64,000 nucleotides of DNA, taken from Eledone cirrhosa (taxonomy: Eukaryota). Within the stretch, counting starts at the first letter, position 1. Each line of letters starts with the position of its first letter. Below are positions 12,800 through 24,682 of this stretch, piece after piece. Under the pieces are notes generated by a model. It worked only from the letters and a program-made list of their open reading frames with translations, was not told where the DNA came from and searched no databases. The stretch spans positions 107,136,001 to 107,200,000 of the forward strand of contig OZ024744.1 in assembly GCA_964016885.1 (NCBI GenBank). Direction: 5' to 3'. A program made the position numbers and the translations under genes.

Positions 12800-15700
12800 A
12801 TTTACCTAACTTTAGAGAGGTGAATCCTTGCGATCTGGAGAGAATACTTTGCTGATCTCTTAAACCTGATCACAACAACATCTCATGCACACACACACAC
12901 GGTACATTTGAGAACAATGACATACCTCTTGGAGGCTGAGATCACAAGCATTTAAAGAGCTCACATGTGGCAAGGTCACTGGGAGGATGAAATTCGGCCC
13001 GAGAATAGAGAATGTATTCTCTGGCTGACTTGCGTGTGCTGGGTGGCCTGGGTCTCTGGAAGGGCACCTAAGCAATGGCAATCAGGAGTGATATTCTCAA
13101 TTTTCAAAATGGGAGACAAGAGAGATTGTTCTAATTACAAAGGGATCTCCTTGTTAAGCCTCTCCTGTAAAGTCTATGCTAAGTGTCTAGTGAAGAGATA
13201 CAGGGAGATTGTCGAGCCCAAGTTAGCTGATGAAGAGTGTGGATTTCGCCTCAGACACAGGATACACGACCAAATATTCACTCTGTGGCAGGTATTCAAG
13301 AAATTGTGGAAGTATTGCCAAGAGGTGTATTCTTCTTTTGTCAACCTTGAGGAGGCATATGACTGCTTTCCACGGGACCTGGTGTAGATCAAAGACAGTT
13401 TCTGCCCGAGTGTTTGTGTTCGGATAAATGGTGCTAAATCATTCAATGTGGGAGTCGGACTCCACCAAGGGTGTGTACTGCCACCTCTCCTGTTCATTAT
13501 TTACATGAACAGGATTGACATGCACAGCCAGGTTGGAAGTGGTATCACAACTGGCGGGTGTAAGATTAGTCGGATGGTACTTTCAGATGACATGGAGGAC
13601 CTTCTGTTAAGTAACACCGACTTGCAGTTGATCGGTTTGATGCCAGGAGCTGCATGGTTGGAATGAAAATCAGTACTGAGAAAACTTAGACATTCGTCCT
13701 CTCAAGGAACATGTAAATGGAGACCCATTGAAGTATTTAGAGAAGTTCAAGTATCTCACGGTTGTGTTCATGAGTGATGGAAGGCAGGAAGCTGAATTAA
13801 GTGCAAGAATTGCTGAAGCTGGTGTAGTAATGCACCAGCTGCAGCATTCAGTAATCAGAAGGGAGGTAGGTGTAAAAAGCCAAACTTGCTATCTTCAATT
13901 TGGTATCGTGCCAACCTTTACCTATGGTCATGAATCTTGGGTAATGACTTAAAGCATACAATTGGGAATACAATTAGGTCTTGGGAGTAATGTTACTTGA
14001 TAGCGTGTGTAACTTGAAGATCAGAGAGTCACTTCAGGTAGAGCCGCTGCCTCTCTGAATTGAGAGATCACATTTCCGGTACTATGGACATGTGGTTAGA
14101 ATGTCTCAGGAAATAATCACTGAATTGAGAGATCACAGCTCTGATACTAGGGACATGTGGTTAGAATGTCTCAGGAAATAATCACTGAATTGAGAGATCA
14201 CAGCTCTGATACTATGGACATGTGGTTAGAATGTCTCAGGAAATAATCACTGAATTGAGAGATCACAGCTCTGATACTAGGGACATGTGGTTAGAATGTC
14301 TCAGGAAAGAATCTCTGAATTGAGAGATCACAGCTCTGATACTATGGGCATGTGGTTAGAATGTCTCAGGAAATAATCACTGAATTGAGAGATCACAGCT
14401 CTGATACTATGGACATGTGGTTAGAATGTCTCAGGAAAGAATCACTGAATTGAGAGATCACAGCTCTGATACTATGGGCATGTGGTTAGAATGTATCAGG
14501 AAAGAATCACTGAATTGAGAGGTCACAGTTCTGATACTATGGACATGTGGTTAGAATGTATCAGGAAAGAATCACTGAATTGAGAGATCACAGCTCTGAT
14601 ACTATGGGCATGTGGTTAGAATGTATCAGGAAAGAATCACTGAATTGAGAGGTCACAGTTCTGATACTATGGACATGTGGTTAGAATGTCTCAGGAAAGA
14701 ATCTCTGAATTGAGAGATCACAGCTCTGATACTATGACATGTGGTTAGAATGTCTCAGGAAAGAATCTCTGAATTGAGAGGTCACAGTTCTGATACTATG
14801 GACATGTGGTTAGAATGTCTCAGGAAAGAATCACTGAATTGAGAGATCACAGCTCTGATACTATGGACATGTGGTTAGAATGTCTCAGGAAAGAATCACT
14901 GAATTGAGAGATCACAGCTCCGGTACTATGGGCATGTGGTTAGAATGTCTCAGGAAATAATCACTGAATTGAGAGATCACAGCTCTGATACTAGGGGCAT
15001 GTGGTTAGAATGTCTCAGGAAATAATCACTGAATTGAGAGATCACAGCTCCGGTACTATGGACATGTGGTTAGAATGTCTCAGGAAAGAATCACTGAATT
15101 GAGAGATCACAGCTCTGATACTATGGACATGTGGTTAGAATGTCTCAGGAAAGAATCACTGAATTGAGAGATCACAGCTCCGGTACTATGGGCATGTGGT
15201 TAGAATGTCTCAGGAAATAATCACTGAATTGAGAGATCACAGCTCTGATACTAGGGGCATGTGGTTAGAATGTCTCAGGAAATAATCACTGAATTGAGAG
15301 ATCACAGCTCTGATACTATGGGCATGTGGTTAGAATGTCTCAGGAAATAATCACTGAATTGAGAGATCACATTTCCGGTACTATGGACATGTGGTTAGAA
15401 TGTCTCAGGAAATAATCACTGAATTGAGAGATCACAGCTCTGATACTAGGGGCATGTGGTTAGAATGTATCAGGAAATAATCACTGAATTGAGAGATCAC
15501 AGCTCTGATACTATGGGCATGTGGTTAGAATGTCTCAGGAAATAATCACTGAATTGAGAGATCACATTTCCGGTACTACAGACATGTGGTTAGAATGTCT
15601 CAGGAAATAATCACTGAATTGAGAGATCACAGCTCTGATACTAGGGGCATGTGGTTAGAATGTCTCAGGAAATAATCACTGAATTGAGAGATCACAGCTC

Positions 15701-15950
15701 TGATACTATGGGCATGTGGTTAGAATGTCTCAGGAAAGAATCACTGGACAGATTTTACAAGCAAAACCAACCAGTGGGAGACCCAGGGGTAGACTCTAAG
15801 CAAGATGATTGGATAACATCCATGAGCTTGACTGGTCACGCTTGGGATCCAGCCAGATAAACTGGAGATGGTTGCTTCTGACAGGACTTGCTGTAGGGAG
15901 TGTTTGAGGACTCTGCCCCCACTACCCTCGCAGGAATAAGTGGGCTAAGA
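12800..15950 (+). mobile_element. Decayed 5'-truncated RTE-clade LINE with an internal satellite expansion
   Basis: RT motifs KMGDKRDCSNYKGISLLS, CGFR, FVNLEEAYD, GLHQGCVLPPLLF, LSDD, FKYL, TYGHESW; stops and frameshifts throughout. Confidence 0.88.
14055..15746 (+). repeat. 65-bp tandem array (about 26 copies) derived from the RTE ORF
   Basis: tgaatt recurs at 14121, 14186 and 14251 (period 65); the unit corresponds to the IERSQLRYYGHVVRMSQE coding region. Confidence 0.93.
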
Positions 15951-15985
15951 ATTTTAAATATCAAAGATTGAAGCAAAGTACTTAC

Positions 15986-16201
15986 TTGGTATTTGTGATG
16001 CTGTGATGGGTGAGGGTGGTCGAACTGGGATGGATACTCGGGGAATACGGGTATTGTTACACAGACGAGATTCTGATGATTTACCCTCTGCAAATAAATT
16101 AATATTGCTCGATATATTTGACTCAAACATATATTCTGACATGTCAAAACTGTCAAAGTCCAACTCAACAGCTGAAGACCTTCCAGTTTTGTCTTGTTTG
16201 T
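15986..16201 (-). CDS. PPP4R4: PPP4R4-like exon (216 bp, or 102 bp from an internal acceptor at 16087)
   Basis: gtaagt donor; two in-frame phase-1 acceptors; ...ELDFDSFDMSEYMF...EGKSSESRLCNNTRIPRVSIPVRPPSPITASQIP. Confidence 0.7.
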
Positions 16202-16580
16202 CTTTTATTTGCAAAAAAAAACATTTTTTTGTTCTGCTTTGTTTTGTTCTTTGTCTTCTCTTTGTTAATTATCCTAATTTTATTATATATTTATATATAT
16301 ATATACAGACACATATATGTATATACACACACATGTATGTATACTCACACACACACACATGTATGTATACTCACACACACACACATATATGTGTGTGTAC
16401 ACATGTATATATAGAAAATAAAATTAGAATTTTATTTCTCGCTTTAGCACAGCTAATATAAAAATGTAAGTATGCATTCATACACACATACATATACATA
16501 TGTACGTATGTTTTATATCAAACATTAATAATACTACAAATTGAATATTATTATTATTGTTTGGTATAACTCATACATAT

Positions 16581-16969
16581 CATCATCATCATTCAGCATT
16601 TTACGTCCGCTTTTCCCTGCTTGCAAGGGTGGGACGGGAACTGATTCTGGCTCGATTTCTACAGCTGGATGCCCTTCTTAACACCAACCTCATTTACAGC
16701 GAGTGCTGGGTGATTTTTTTTCATGGCGCCTACACGTCCACTTTACAGTGTGGGCTGGGTGCTTTTTTGCCGTGACACCTCCACGACCACTCTATATTGG
16801 AATGATATGGAGCCCAGTCCTATCATCTCATTTCTACAGCTGAGTAAACTGGAGTAATGTGAAATAAAGTGTCTTGCTCAAGGAAACAACACATCACCCG
16901 GTCTGAGAATTAAACTCACGACTTTTCGATTTTAAGGCAAATGCTCTAACCACTAAGCCATGTGCCTCC
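16581..16969 (-). mobile_element. tRNA/RTE-tailed SINE (same family as 7494-7813)
   Basis: Reverse complement of the same head, body and tail, with gcggacgtaaaa and (tga)n. Confidence 0.85.
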
Positions 16970-17003
<34 letters not shown>

Positions 17004-17024
17004 ATATATATATATATATATATA

Positions 17025-17700
17025 TATAGTGCTGCCTATGTAAAATAGATTGCACTTGTTGCATTTTAGCCTGTATACTACATAGATACGTAGGCAACAA
17101 TTAGTGTTGCAGATAGGGCAATTGGCTAGGGTGCGTCCGTTATCCTCATTATGGAGTTGCCTTGTAGAGAGGCATCTTCGCAGGGAAGGTCCAGAGTGAG
17201 CTAGTTTGATATTGAGGCCCTCTCTTCTGATGGCTTTGCATATAGCATTGGTGGTTTCCTTGCTGAGATGTGGGATCTTGCAGAAGCAACTGTTGTTTGT
17301 GTTGGTCCGGCCTCTGGGTCTGGGGTTTTGTTGTGGGGTGGAGAAGGAATCTGGGTAGCCGTTAATCTCTAGTACCTTGTGGAATCGTCTGATATGGGTG
17401 GCTCTATTAGTTGCATATGCAAGCCATTTCGTTACATCTCCGTATTAAAGAGCATGTAAACAGCAACTCCTCTTCCTTCTGCAAACACATCATCAAATGT
17501 GGAAACCGGGACAACATTACCACCACAATCTTAGTTACCAAACACAGCAGAGGCACACTGAGAATTAAGGAAGCCCTCTTAATCAAGCAATTAAAACCTA
17601 GGATCAATAATCGAATGGAAAGAAGTGCACCAGAATGGCTAATTTAAAAGCCAGTATTCCAACATCCCAGAGGCCAGTTTCATTCTTTCTTTCAAATTAA
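17025..17700 (+). mobile_element. Penelope-like 3' fragment with an inverted 5' part
   Basis: Minus strand 17410 to 17025 encodes ...NGYP...CPICNTNCCLRIYVVYRLKCNKCNLFYIGSTI; plus strand from about 17426 continues ISLHLRIKEH...IKEALLIKQLKPRIN (GIY-YIG C-terminal half). Confidence 0.82.
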
Positions 17701-18039
17701 ATCTATGTCCTCACTAGGCAAACACACTTAGACTCACACACACACATACATATCTAATCTAATCTAATTTGGTCGAGTTTACACTCACAAATAAGAAGAA
17801 CTAGGGCCGCTCCTAGGAGCATTGGATTTGGTGTACTTCATATTTGTTTCAGTTGCTGAATACAATCAGGGGTCGCTGCTTCTCCTGAAGGTCAATAGTT
17901 CTCTTCTAACTCGAGCGGGAGCGCCTTTCCATTGTCAATTTGCATTGATCATCTGCAAAGCCACATTGTTCTCAGAACCACTACACCAGTCATTCGATGC
18001 GTGCAGTTGGAACTACTGCCACCCATTGATTTGGCAGGA

Positions 18040-18160
18040 TCACAGCTGAGTAAACTGGAGCAACATGAAATAAAGTGTCTTGCTCAAGGATACAACACAT
18101 CACCCAGTCCGAGAAGTGAACTCGATTGCATGCCCAATGCTCTAACCACTAAGCCTTCAC
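18040..18160 (-). mobile_element. SINE 5' fragment
   Basis: cagctgagtaaactggag...gtgtcttgctcaagga...ctctaaccactaagcc, as in 16840-16965. Confidence 0.75.
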
Positions 18161-18717
18161 CAACATGCATATATCGCACACATATTTTCCCCGTTTTATT
18201 ATATACATATTCGTACACATCTTTCACTACATAAACATGCACACACATACAAACATCCCACTAAGCACACTTACATATATCATACATTTCACAACGCGCA
18301 CGTTTGAAATTTTAATGTCTTTTCATTTCATTTAACTTAAATCTGCTCTCCAAACAAGCAAGTCAACACCTATTGATTTTTGAAGTGCCTCATACTTCCT
18401 TGATAATGGGTTTTTAAACCTGAAAATATTTGGGATCGTTAAATTTGCTAAGGTAAGATTCTTTTGTTATCTTAGCAATTTAATGTTCTTACTAACGCAT
18501 TGTTTGGTTTTCAAAATTATTTAAATTTGTTTTATATATATATATATATATACAATATATAGAGAAAGACACAGATACATGCGGACACATACATATACAT
18601 GAATATATCCACATCTATCCTTGAGTTAATGGTGCCAACCTTAACCGATGTTGCTCTATGAATAACTGGGACAAACCAATCCAAATGGATTAGACTGAAC
18701 CAGTATCAGAGCTATAA

Positions 18718-19117
18718 AGTACATTATGAAGAGAGAAGAAACATTAGATATAATTAGTAATAAGATATATCATACCTAAACTGCTTCTAAATTCCTCGAC
18801 TACGTAGTTTCGTGGCATATGCAAAAACACTACATCACAGAGATATAGAACTTTTGTGAGGTCTGCCAACTTATCAAGAGGATACCTCATTAAGGGTTTC
18901 AAAACACGTCTGTAAGATGCGAGATAGAATCCCGAAAGGCGGAGGGGGAGTCAATCACGTGATACAGCGGTCAAGAAACAGAGCTAAGCCTCTTATAACC
19001 CTGAAAAAAATACCACGGAGGTGGAAACTACGTAGTCGAGGAATTTAGAAGCAGTTTAGGTATGATATATCTTATTACTAATTATATCTAATGTTTCTTC
19101 TCTCTTCATAATGTACT
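18718..19117. repeat. 94-bp perfect inverted repeat with hammerhead-like half-motifs
   Basis: Arms 18718-18811 and 19024-19117 are reverse complements; each includes GAAACTACGTAGTC. Confidence 0.9.
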
Positions 19118-19299
19118 ATATATATATATATATATAGACACCCACAGATAGGCAGGCAAACATATCTGCACACAAATAAGTTTATATATGTGTACAGATA
19201 ATAGAATTATTAAATATACATAAAATTGAGAGTTTTACTAATAGTTTCAATTTTAGCAATATTTCAAATCTGGGAAATTGGGAGGACAAACTAACAAGT

Positions 19300-19890
19300 A
19301 AGTTACACAGTGGTGTGTAGTGAAGTTACACAGTGTTGTGTAGGACACAGTGGTGTCTGGTAAAGTTAGTGGTGTGTAGGACACAGTGGTGTGTAGGATA
19401 CAGTGGTGTGTAGGACACAGTGTTGTGTAGGACACAGTGGTGTGTGCTAGAGTTACACAGTGTTGTGTGGTGAAGTTACACAGTGGTGTGTGGTAGAGTT
19501 ACACAGTGTTGTGTGGTAAAGTTACACAGTGGTGTGTGGTAGAGTTACAGTGGTGTGTGGTAGAGTTACACAGTGGTGTGTGGTAGAGTTACAGTGGTGT
19601 GTGGTAGAGTTACACAGTGGTGTGTGGTAGAGTTACACAGTGGTGTGTGGTAAAGTTACACAGTGGTGTGTGGTAAAGTTACACAGTGGTGTGTGGTAAA
19701 GTTACACAGTGGTGTGTGGTAGAGTTACACAGTGGTGTGTGGTAAAGTTACACAGTGGTGTGTGGTAAAGTTACACAGTGTTGTGTGGTAAAGTTACACA
19801 GTGGTGTGTTGTAGAGTTACACAGTGGTGTGTGGTAGAGTTACACAGTGTTGTGTGGTAAAGTTACACAGTGGTGTGTGGTAAAGTTACT
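19300..19890. repeat. ~25-bp minisatellite (19-bp variant at the left end)
   Basis: agttacacagtggtgtgtggtaa/g units. Confidence 0.92.
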
Positions 19891-20325
19891 GGTATACATG
19901 GGGAACTGCTGGTCTCCCACAGAAAACACCTTGCCCAGGCTTGTGCTCCGGAGAGTTTTTTTTATAAATATACATTTCCATAAATGAATACTAACTACAA
20001 TACTATAATAATAAATAATGATGAAATTATTGTGTACAGTGCTCAAGTGCACTACAACTCATCAAAGGTGCATGTATAGTATATAGAATAATATACAAAT
20101 GTCAGGAAAGTGTACAGTGTATGTGTCATGATATTCATGTGTGCGAATTAGATAACATACATTAGTACATTATTTCTGAAAATAAGATGGGATGGTCACA
20201 GCTGGAACATCTTTGATGACAGGTCTGTCATATCATCACTGACCTGGGGCTAAACAATAACAACTTTAATTTTTAGGACTATTCACAATGAAATTTCCAT
20301 AAAATGAAAGAATAAATAACTTTAC

Positions 20326-20406
20326 CTTTTGATGTCGGAAGAGAAGAGGTACCAATGATAGGTATTTTTGTGTCTCTTTTGCTAGCAGAGTCCACAAGCT
20401 TGGTAT
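20326..20406 (-). CDS. PPP4R4: PPP4R4-like exon (81 bp; NAGNAG alternative 84 bp)
   Basis: gaagcag tandem acceptor, gtaaag donor, phase 1-1; DTKLVDSASKRDTKIPIIGTSSLPTSK. Confidence 0.72.
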
Positions 20407-20582
20407 CTGCTTCAGAGAATTAAATAATAGAAAAAAACAAAAAAGTTAAAAAAACAAAAACAAACAAAACATCACAATTGAAATATATAAATCAAAATAA
20501 AATTGTTTCTAAAAAAAGCACAAAACCAGAAATCTTGAGGAAATTTGTTTTGTAACATTAGAAGGGGAAGATTTGACAACTC

Positions 20583-21073
20583 CTATTGGTGAGAAGAGAG
20601 TGTACTTGAGATGAAAAACTACACAACAGAACTATTGGTGTGGAGAAGGTGTACTTGAAATGAAAAACTATACAACAAAATTATTGGTGTGGAAAAGGTG
20701 TACTTGAAATGAAAAACTATACAACAAAACTATTGGTGTGGAGAAGGTGTACTTGAGATGAAAAACTATACAACAGAACTATTGGTGTAGAGAAGGTGTA
20801 CTTGAGATGAAAAACTATACAACAGAACTATTGGTGTGGAGAAGGTGTACTTGAAATGAAAAACTATACAACAGAACTATTGGTGTGGAGAAGGTGTACT
20901 TGAGATGAAAAACTATACAACAAAACTAGTGGTGTGGAGAAGGTGTACTTGGGATGAAAAACTATACAACAAAACTATTGGTGTAGAGAAGGTGTACTTG
21001 AGATGAAAAACTATACAACAGAACTATTGGTGTGGAGAAGGTGTACTTGAGATGAAAAACTATACAACAGAAC
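20583..21073. repeat. 49-bp minisatellite, about 10 copies
   Basis: tattggtgtggagaaggtgtacttgagatgaaaaactatacaacagaac; starts at 20633, 20682, 20731. Confidence 0.95.
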
Positions 21074-21727
21074 ATGAAGAAATTTATCAAAAGTGAAAAT
21101 TGAAAAAAGGGAATTTATCAAATGTAAAAACTGAATTGAGGAAAATCTGTTCTATATTTTGTACCAATTTATATATCCCATATTTTGATGAAAATATAAA
21201 ATAGTCTATTAAGCTGTAATAGCATCGTAACTGGTGGAAATCCTGCTTCCATGCCCTCATCCCACTTTTGACCCCCCCACGTAATGACCCTTTTGGCTCC
21301 TTGTATTTGAGATCCCTGTACTATCCCTTCCCAATCAATACAATTATTTTTTATTTAACATTAACTGTATTTTTTTTTTTTATATTTTGTTTTATATTTC
21401 TGGCTATTGTTTCACTGGTTAACAATTACTCCCCCCACCAACACATTACAACCTCTACTCCACTAACTACACTGTCTCCTCACTAACTATTATACCACTA
21501 CTACTACTACATCCTCTGAACTAGTCAGTTATGAATCACACTACTAATTAACAAACACTCACTAACTCACTCTATTATACCACTACTACTGCATTGCATG
21601 GGTAATACAATCACACATTACACTATAAACAAACACACACACAACACTATAAACACACACATTTTGAATAGACAGAAAATATTTTACAAGTTGGTAGATT
21701 GTTTTATTAAAAATTGTTCCGCCTTAC

Positions 21728-21820
21728 CTGGTTTAGGAATTTGTGAAGCAGTACATATTGATGAAGTGGATCGGGATTTAACAAGTCGACAGTTTGGTAT
21801 TGAGGAACCTTTGGTTTTCA
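21728..21820 (-). CDS. PPP4R4: PPP4R4-like exon (93 bp)
   Basis: tttcag acceptor, gtaagg donor, phase 1-1; VKTKGSSIPNCRLVKSRSTSSICTASQIPKP. Confidence 0.75.
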
Positions 21821-22401
21821 CTGAAAATTTAATTATAAATCAAGACAAAATCATTAAGAATTCTCATCAGCTCTCAACCTGGCTTGCAGTTTCGCACAAA
21901 ATGAGAGAACTCCAATTTTTATGCCAGCTAGTGCAACACAAAATAGACGAAGCAGAGAATGAGAGAAAGTGTGACTGGACTGTAATGTGTTGCTAGCTAA
22001 AAGGAAAGGGACGGCCCTAGGACAGAAGTGGCAGTAAATAGAAGCAACAGCTGGAGCAGCAAGCATGAGAAGGAACAAGTGATAAGTAGAGGGAGGAGAG
22101 GAAGAAACGAGAGAGAAAAGGAGAAGAAAGGGAAAAGAAAAAAAAGAATGTTGTATGTGGTTTTGTATCATCTTGTTAGGTTTGTAACTTTAATCCTGGC
22201 TCTTATTGTAACCTTTTGTCTTCCTTTCTTTCTTCTTTATCACTTCTAAGTATCAACATACTCCTCTCTATCTCTCCCACCTCACAACTTTACCTCTCTC
22301 CATAGCAATCATTTGCCAATGTTTCCTCTTCTTAGGGTTTTTTATCTGACTTACAAGTAATTGTCAATGATAGCACTTGGCTGTTTTAACATCTCTTCCT
22401 T

Positions 22402-22650
22402 ATCATCATCATCGTTTTACGTCCGTTCTTCCACGCTAGCATGGGTTAGATGGGTTGTCCTGTTGTGGGCAGTGTCTGGTCGGCTGACCTTGTCTTGCTC
22501 ATACGGGAACTGATTCTGGCCTGATTTCTACAGCTGGATGCCCTTCCTAACACCAACCTCATTTACAGTAGGTGCTGGGTGCTTTTTTTTCCATGGCGCC
22601 TACACAACCACTTTACAGTGTGGACTGGGTGCTTTTTGTCATGACACTTC
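22402..22650 (-). mobile_element. Non-autonomous RTE-derived bipartite element
   Basis: (gat)n tail, gcatggaagaacggacgtaaaa-like end and the ggtgttaggaagggcatccagc motif; a similar plus-strand copy lies at about 24040-24217. Confidence 0.65.
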
Positions 22651-22850
22651 CCCAACCATTTTGCAGTGGGAGGGGGTGGAGACATATTGTCTATATGCTT
22701 CAGCTTTGGCTTGTACCTGTGGGAACTCGGGTCTTCTGTATTATTGTGTAATGCCAGAGGTCATGGTCCTGGTTCTCCACCTTTGACAGGTGCAATTGGG
22801 CAAGGTCTGCTTTTATCACCTCATCCCAGGTCTTCTTGGGTCTCCCCACT

Positions 22851-22887
<37 letters not shown>

Positions 22888-23386
22888 AAAGGTAGACAGA
22901 AATAACAAGACAAATGGTACAGTATATGGAAGGAATATATTAGTTTAATGCTTGAAATAAAGGTGATAATATTTCGGACACTAGTCATTCATCAGAAGAA
23001 AGAATGAGAAATTAGAAAGATTGAAGGGATGAGCAGGGCGGAATCAGAAATAAATTTTTTTAGAGAAAAATAACAGGTCCATTCATGTTGCTATCGCTTG
23101 GAAAACTGTTGATGCTGGTATATAAAATTGATATATCACCATATTTGCAGGCTGTCCCTGAATCAAATTTTCTATCTACTATTTTTTTCTCTATCTCTTG
23201 TCTATTCTATCTTTAGGTTCAACGTAATCCTGTTACATAATTCTGCAAACAACACCTGATGAAATCACCTTGTCTTGCACCATAATCGGATGATAGAGTT
23301 GGGTCATCCAAATATGTATAGTGCTTTCACAGAATTAAAATTCTGAAGTAAATTTTCCAGCCCGGCCTCCTGTTGTTTTAATGAGT

Positions 23387-23436
<50 letters not shown>

Positions 23437-23805
23437 TATAGTTCAGATAATCTGCTACAAAATTCCATTTCCCTCTTCTAAGGCAAAGATTTCCGTTCCT
23501 TGTCTTTTCTCTGCCATACAATTTCTCTATGACCACAGGCTATTTGTGCTATGGACATATGTATGCATATATATTTGTGTGTACGTATTTATATGAATGT
23601 GTATATATCTATATGTGTGTGTATATAGTTACAATGTATGTATGCACATATATATATATATATATATTTATAATGTATGTATGCATATATATATATATAT
23701 TTATATATGTGTGTGTTTGAAGTATGTAACAGGAAAATTATATTATATATTTCTCTATAAAAAGTCTACTGTATTAACAAATAATATCTAAATTTTCCAA
23801 CCATG

Positions 23806-23851
<46 letters not shown>

Positions 23852-24228
23852 TCTATAAATATAAAAAGAGATTGACAGAAACACAGAAAGATATACAGAG
23901 ATAGATAGATAGAAAGGGAGTGTAGAGAAAGTAGTTGTTTACACTTCTTCTAGAAGAGTCTTCTCTCGTTCACATAAATACTGTTGCAAAAGCTTTCTCC
24001 CCATTTTCACACTATAAAGTGTTTGTTTTGGTGCCCTGATAAAAAGCACCCAATCTACATAGTAATGAGGTTGGCATTAGGGAGGGCATCCAGCCGTAGA
24101 AACCAAGCCAGTAACGGTTCTGAGCAAGACATGGTCACTTGATCTGTCTTGTCTCATAACAGGACAACTTGTCTAACCCATGCTAGCATGGAAGAAAGGA
24201 TGTTAAGCTGTGATGATATATTCCTTAC

Positions 24229-24336
24229 CTTTTGGAGGACATACTGGCATTGAACTGGATGAACAATTGCTTAAGGATTTTTTGGTTTCTTTTAATGGAG
24301 TTGGACTTGACCGTTTCTCTGAAGTGGATTTTTGAG
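24229..24336 (-). CDS. PPP4R4: PPP4R4-like exon (108 bp)
   Basis: Pyrimidine tract plus aag acceptor, gtaagg donor, phase 1-1; AQKSTSEKRSSPTPLKETKKSLSNCSSSSMPVCPPK. Confidence 0.75.
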
Positions 24337-24414
24337 CTTTAAACATAAAAGAGAAAAAGAATAATACTTATTCATTAATATCTCTATTACAAAATAGACA
24401 GTGAATACCAGCCA

Positions 24415-24630
24415 CAGTTAACACTAGACACTAGACACTACCACATTGACCACCAGACACTACCACAGTGACCACTACACACTACCACAGTGACCACTAG
24501 ACACTACCACATTGACCACCAGACACTACCACAGTGACCACCAGACACTACCACATTGACCACCAGACACTACCACAGTGACCACTACAGACTACCACAG
24601 TGACCACTACACACTACCACAGTGACCACT
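24415..24630. repeat. ~22-bp minisatellite
   Basis: gacactaccacagtgaccacca units. Confidence 0.9.
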
Positions 24631-24682
24631 ATTTCTATGAACAGAATCCCAGCACCCACGAACATGGTGAACACTGGTGTTA

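Noticed and set aside
21598-21996. 132-aa plus-strand ORF
   Set aside because: Overlaps the minus-strand exon 21728-21820 in antisense and shows no independent coding signal.
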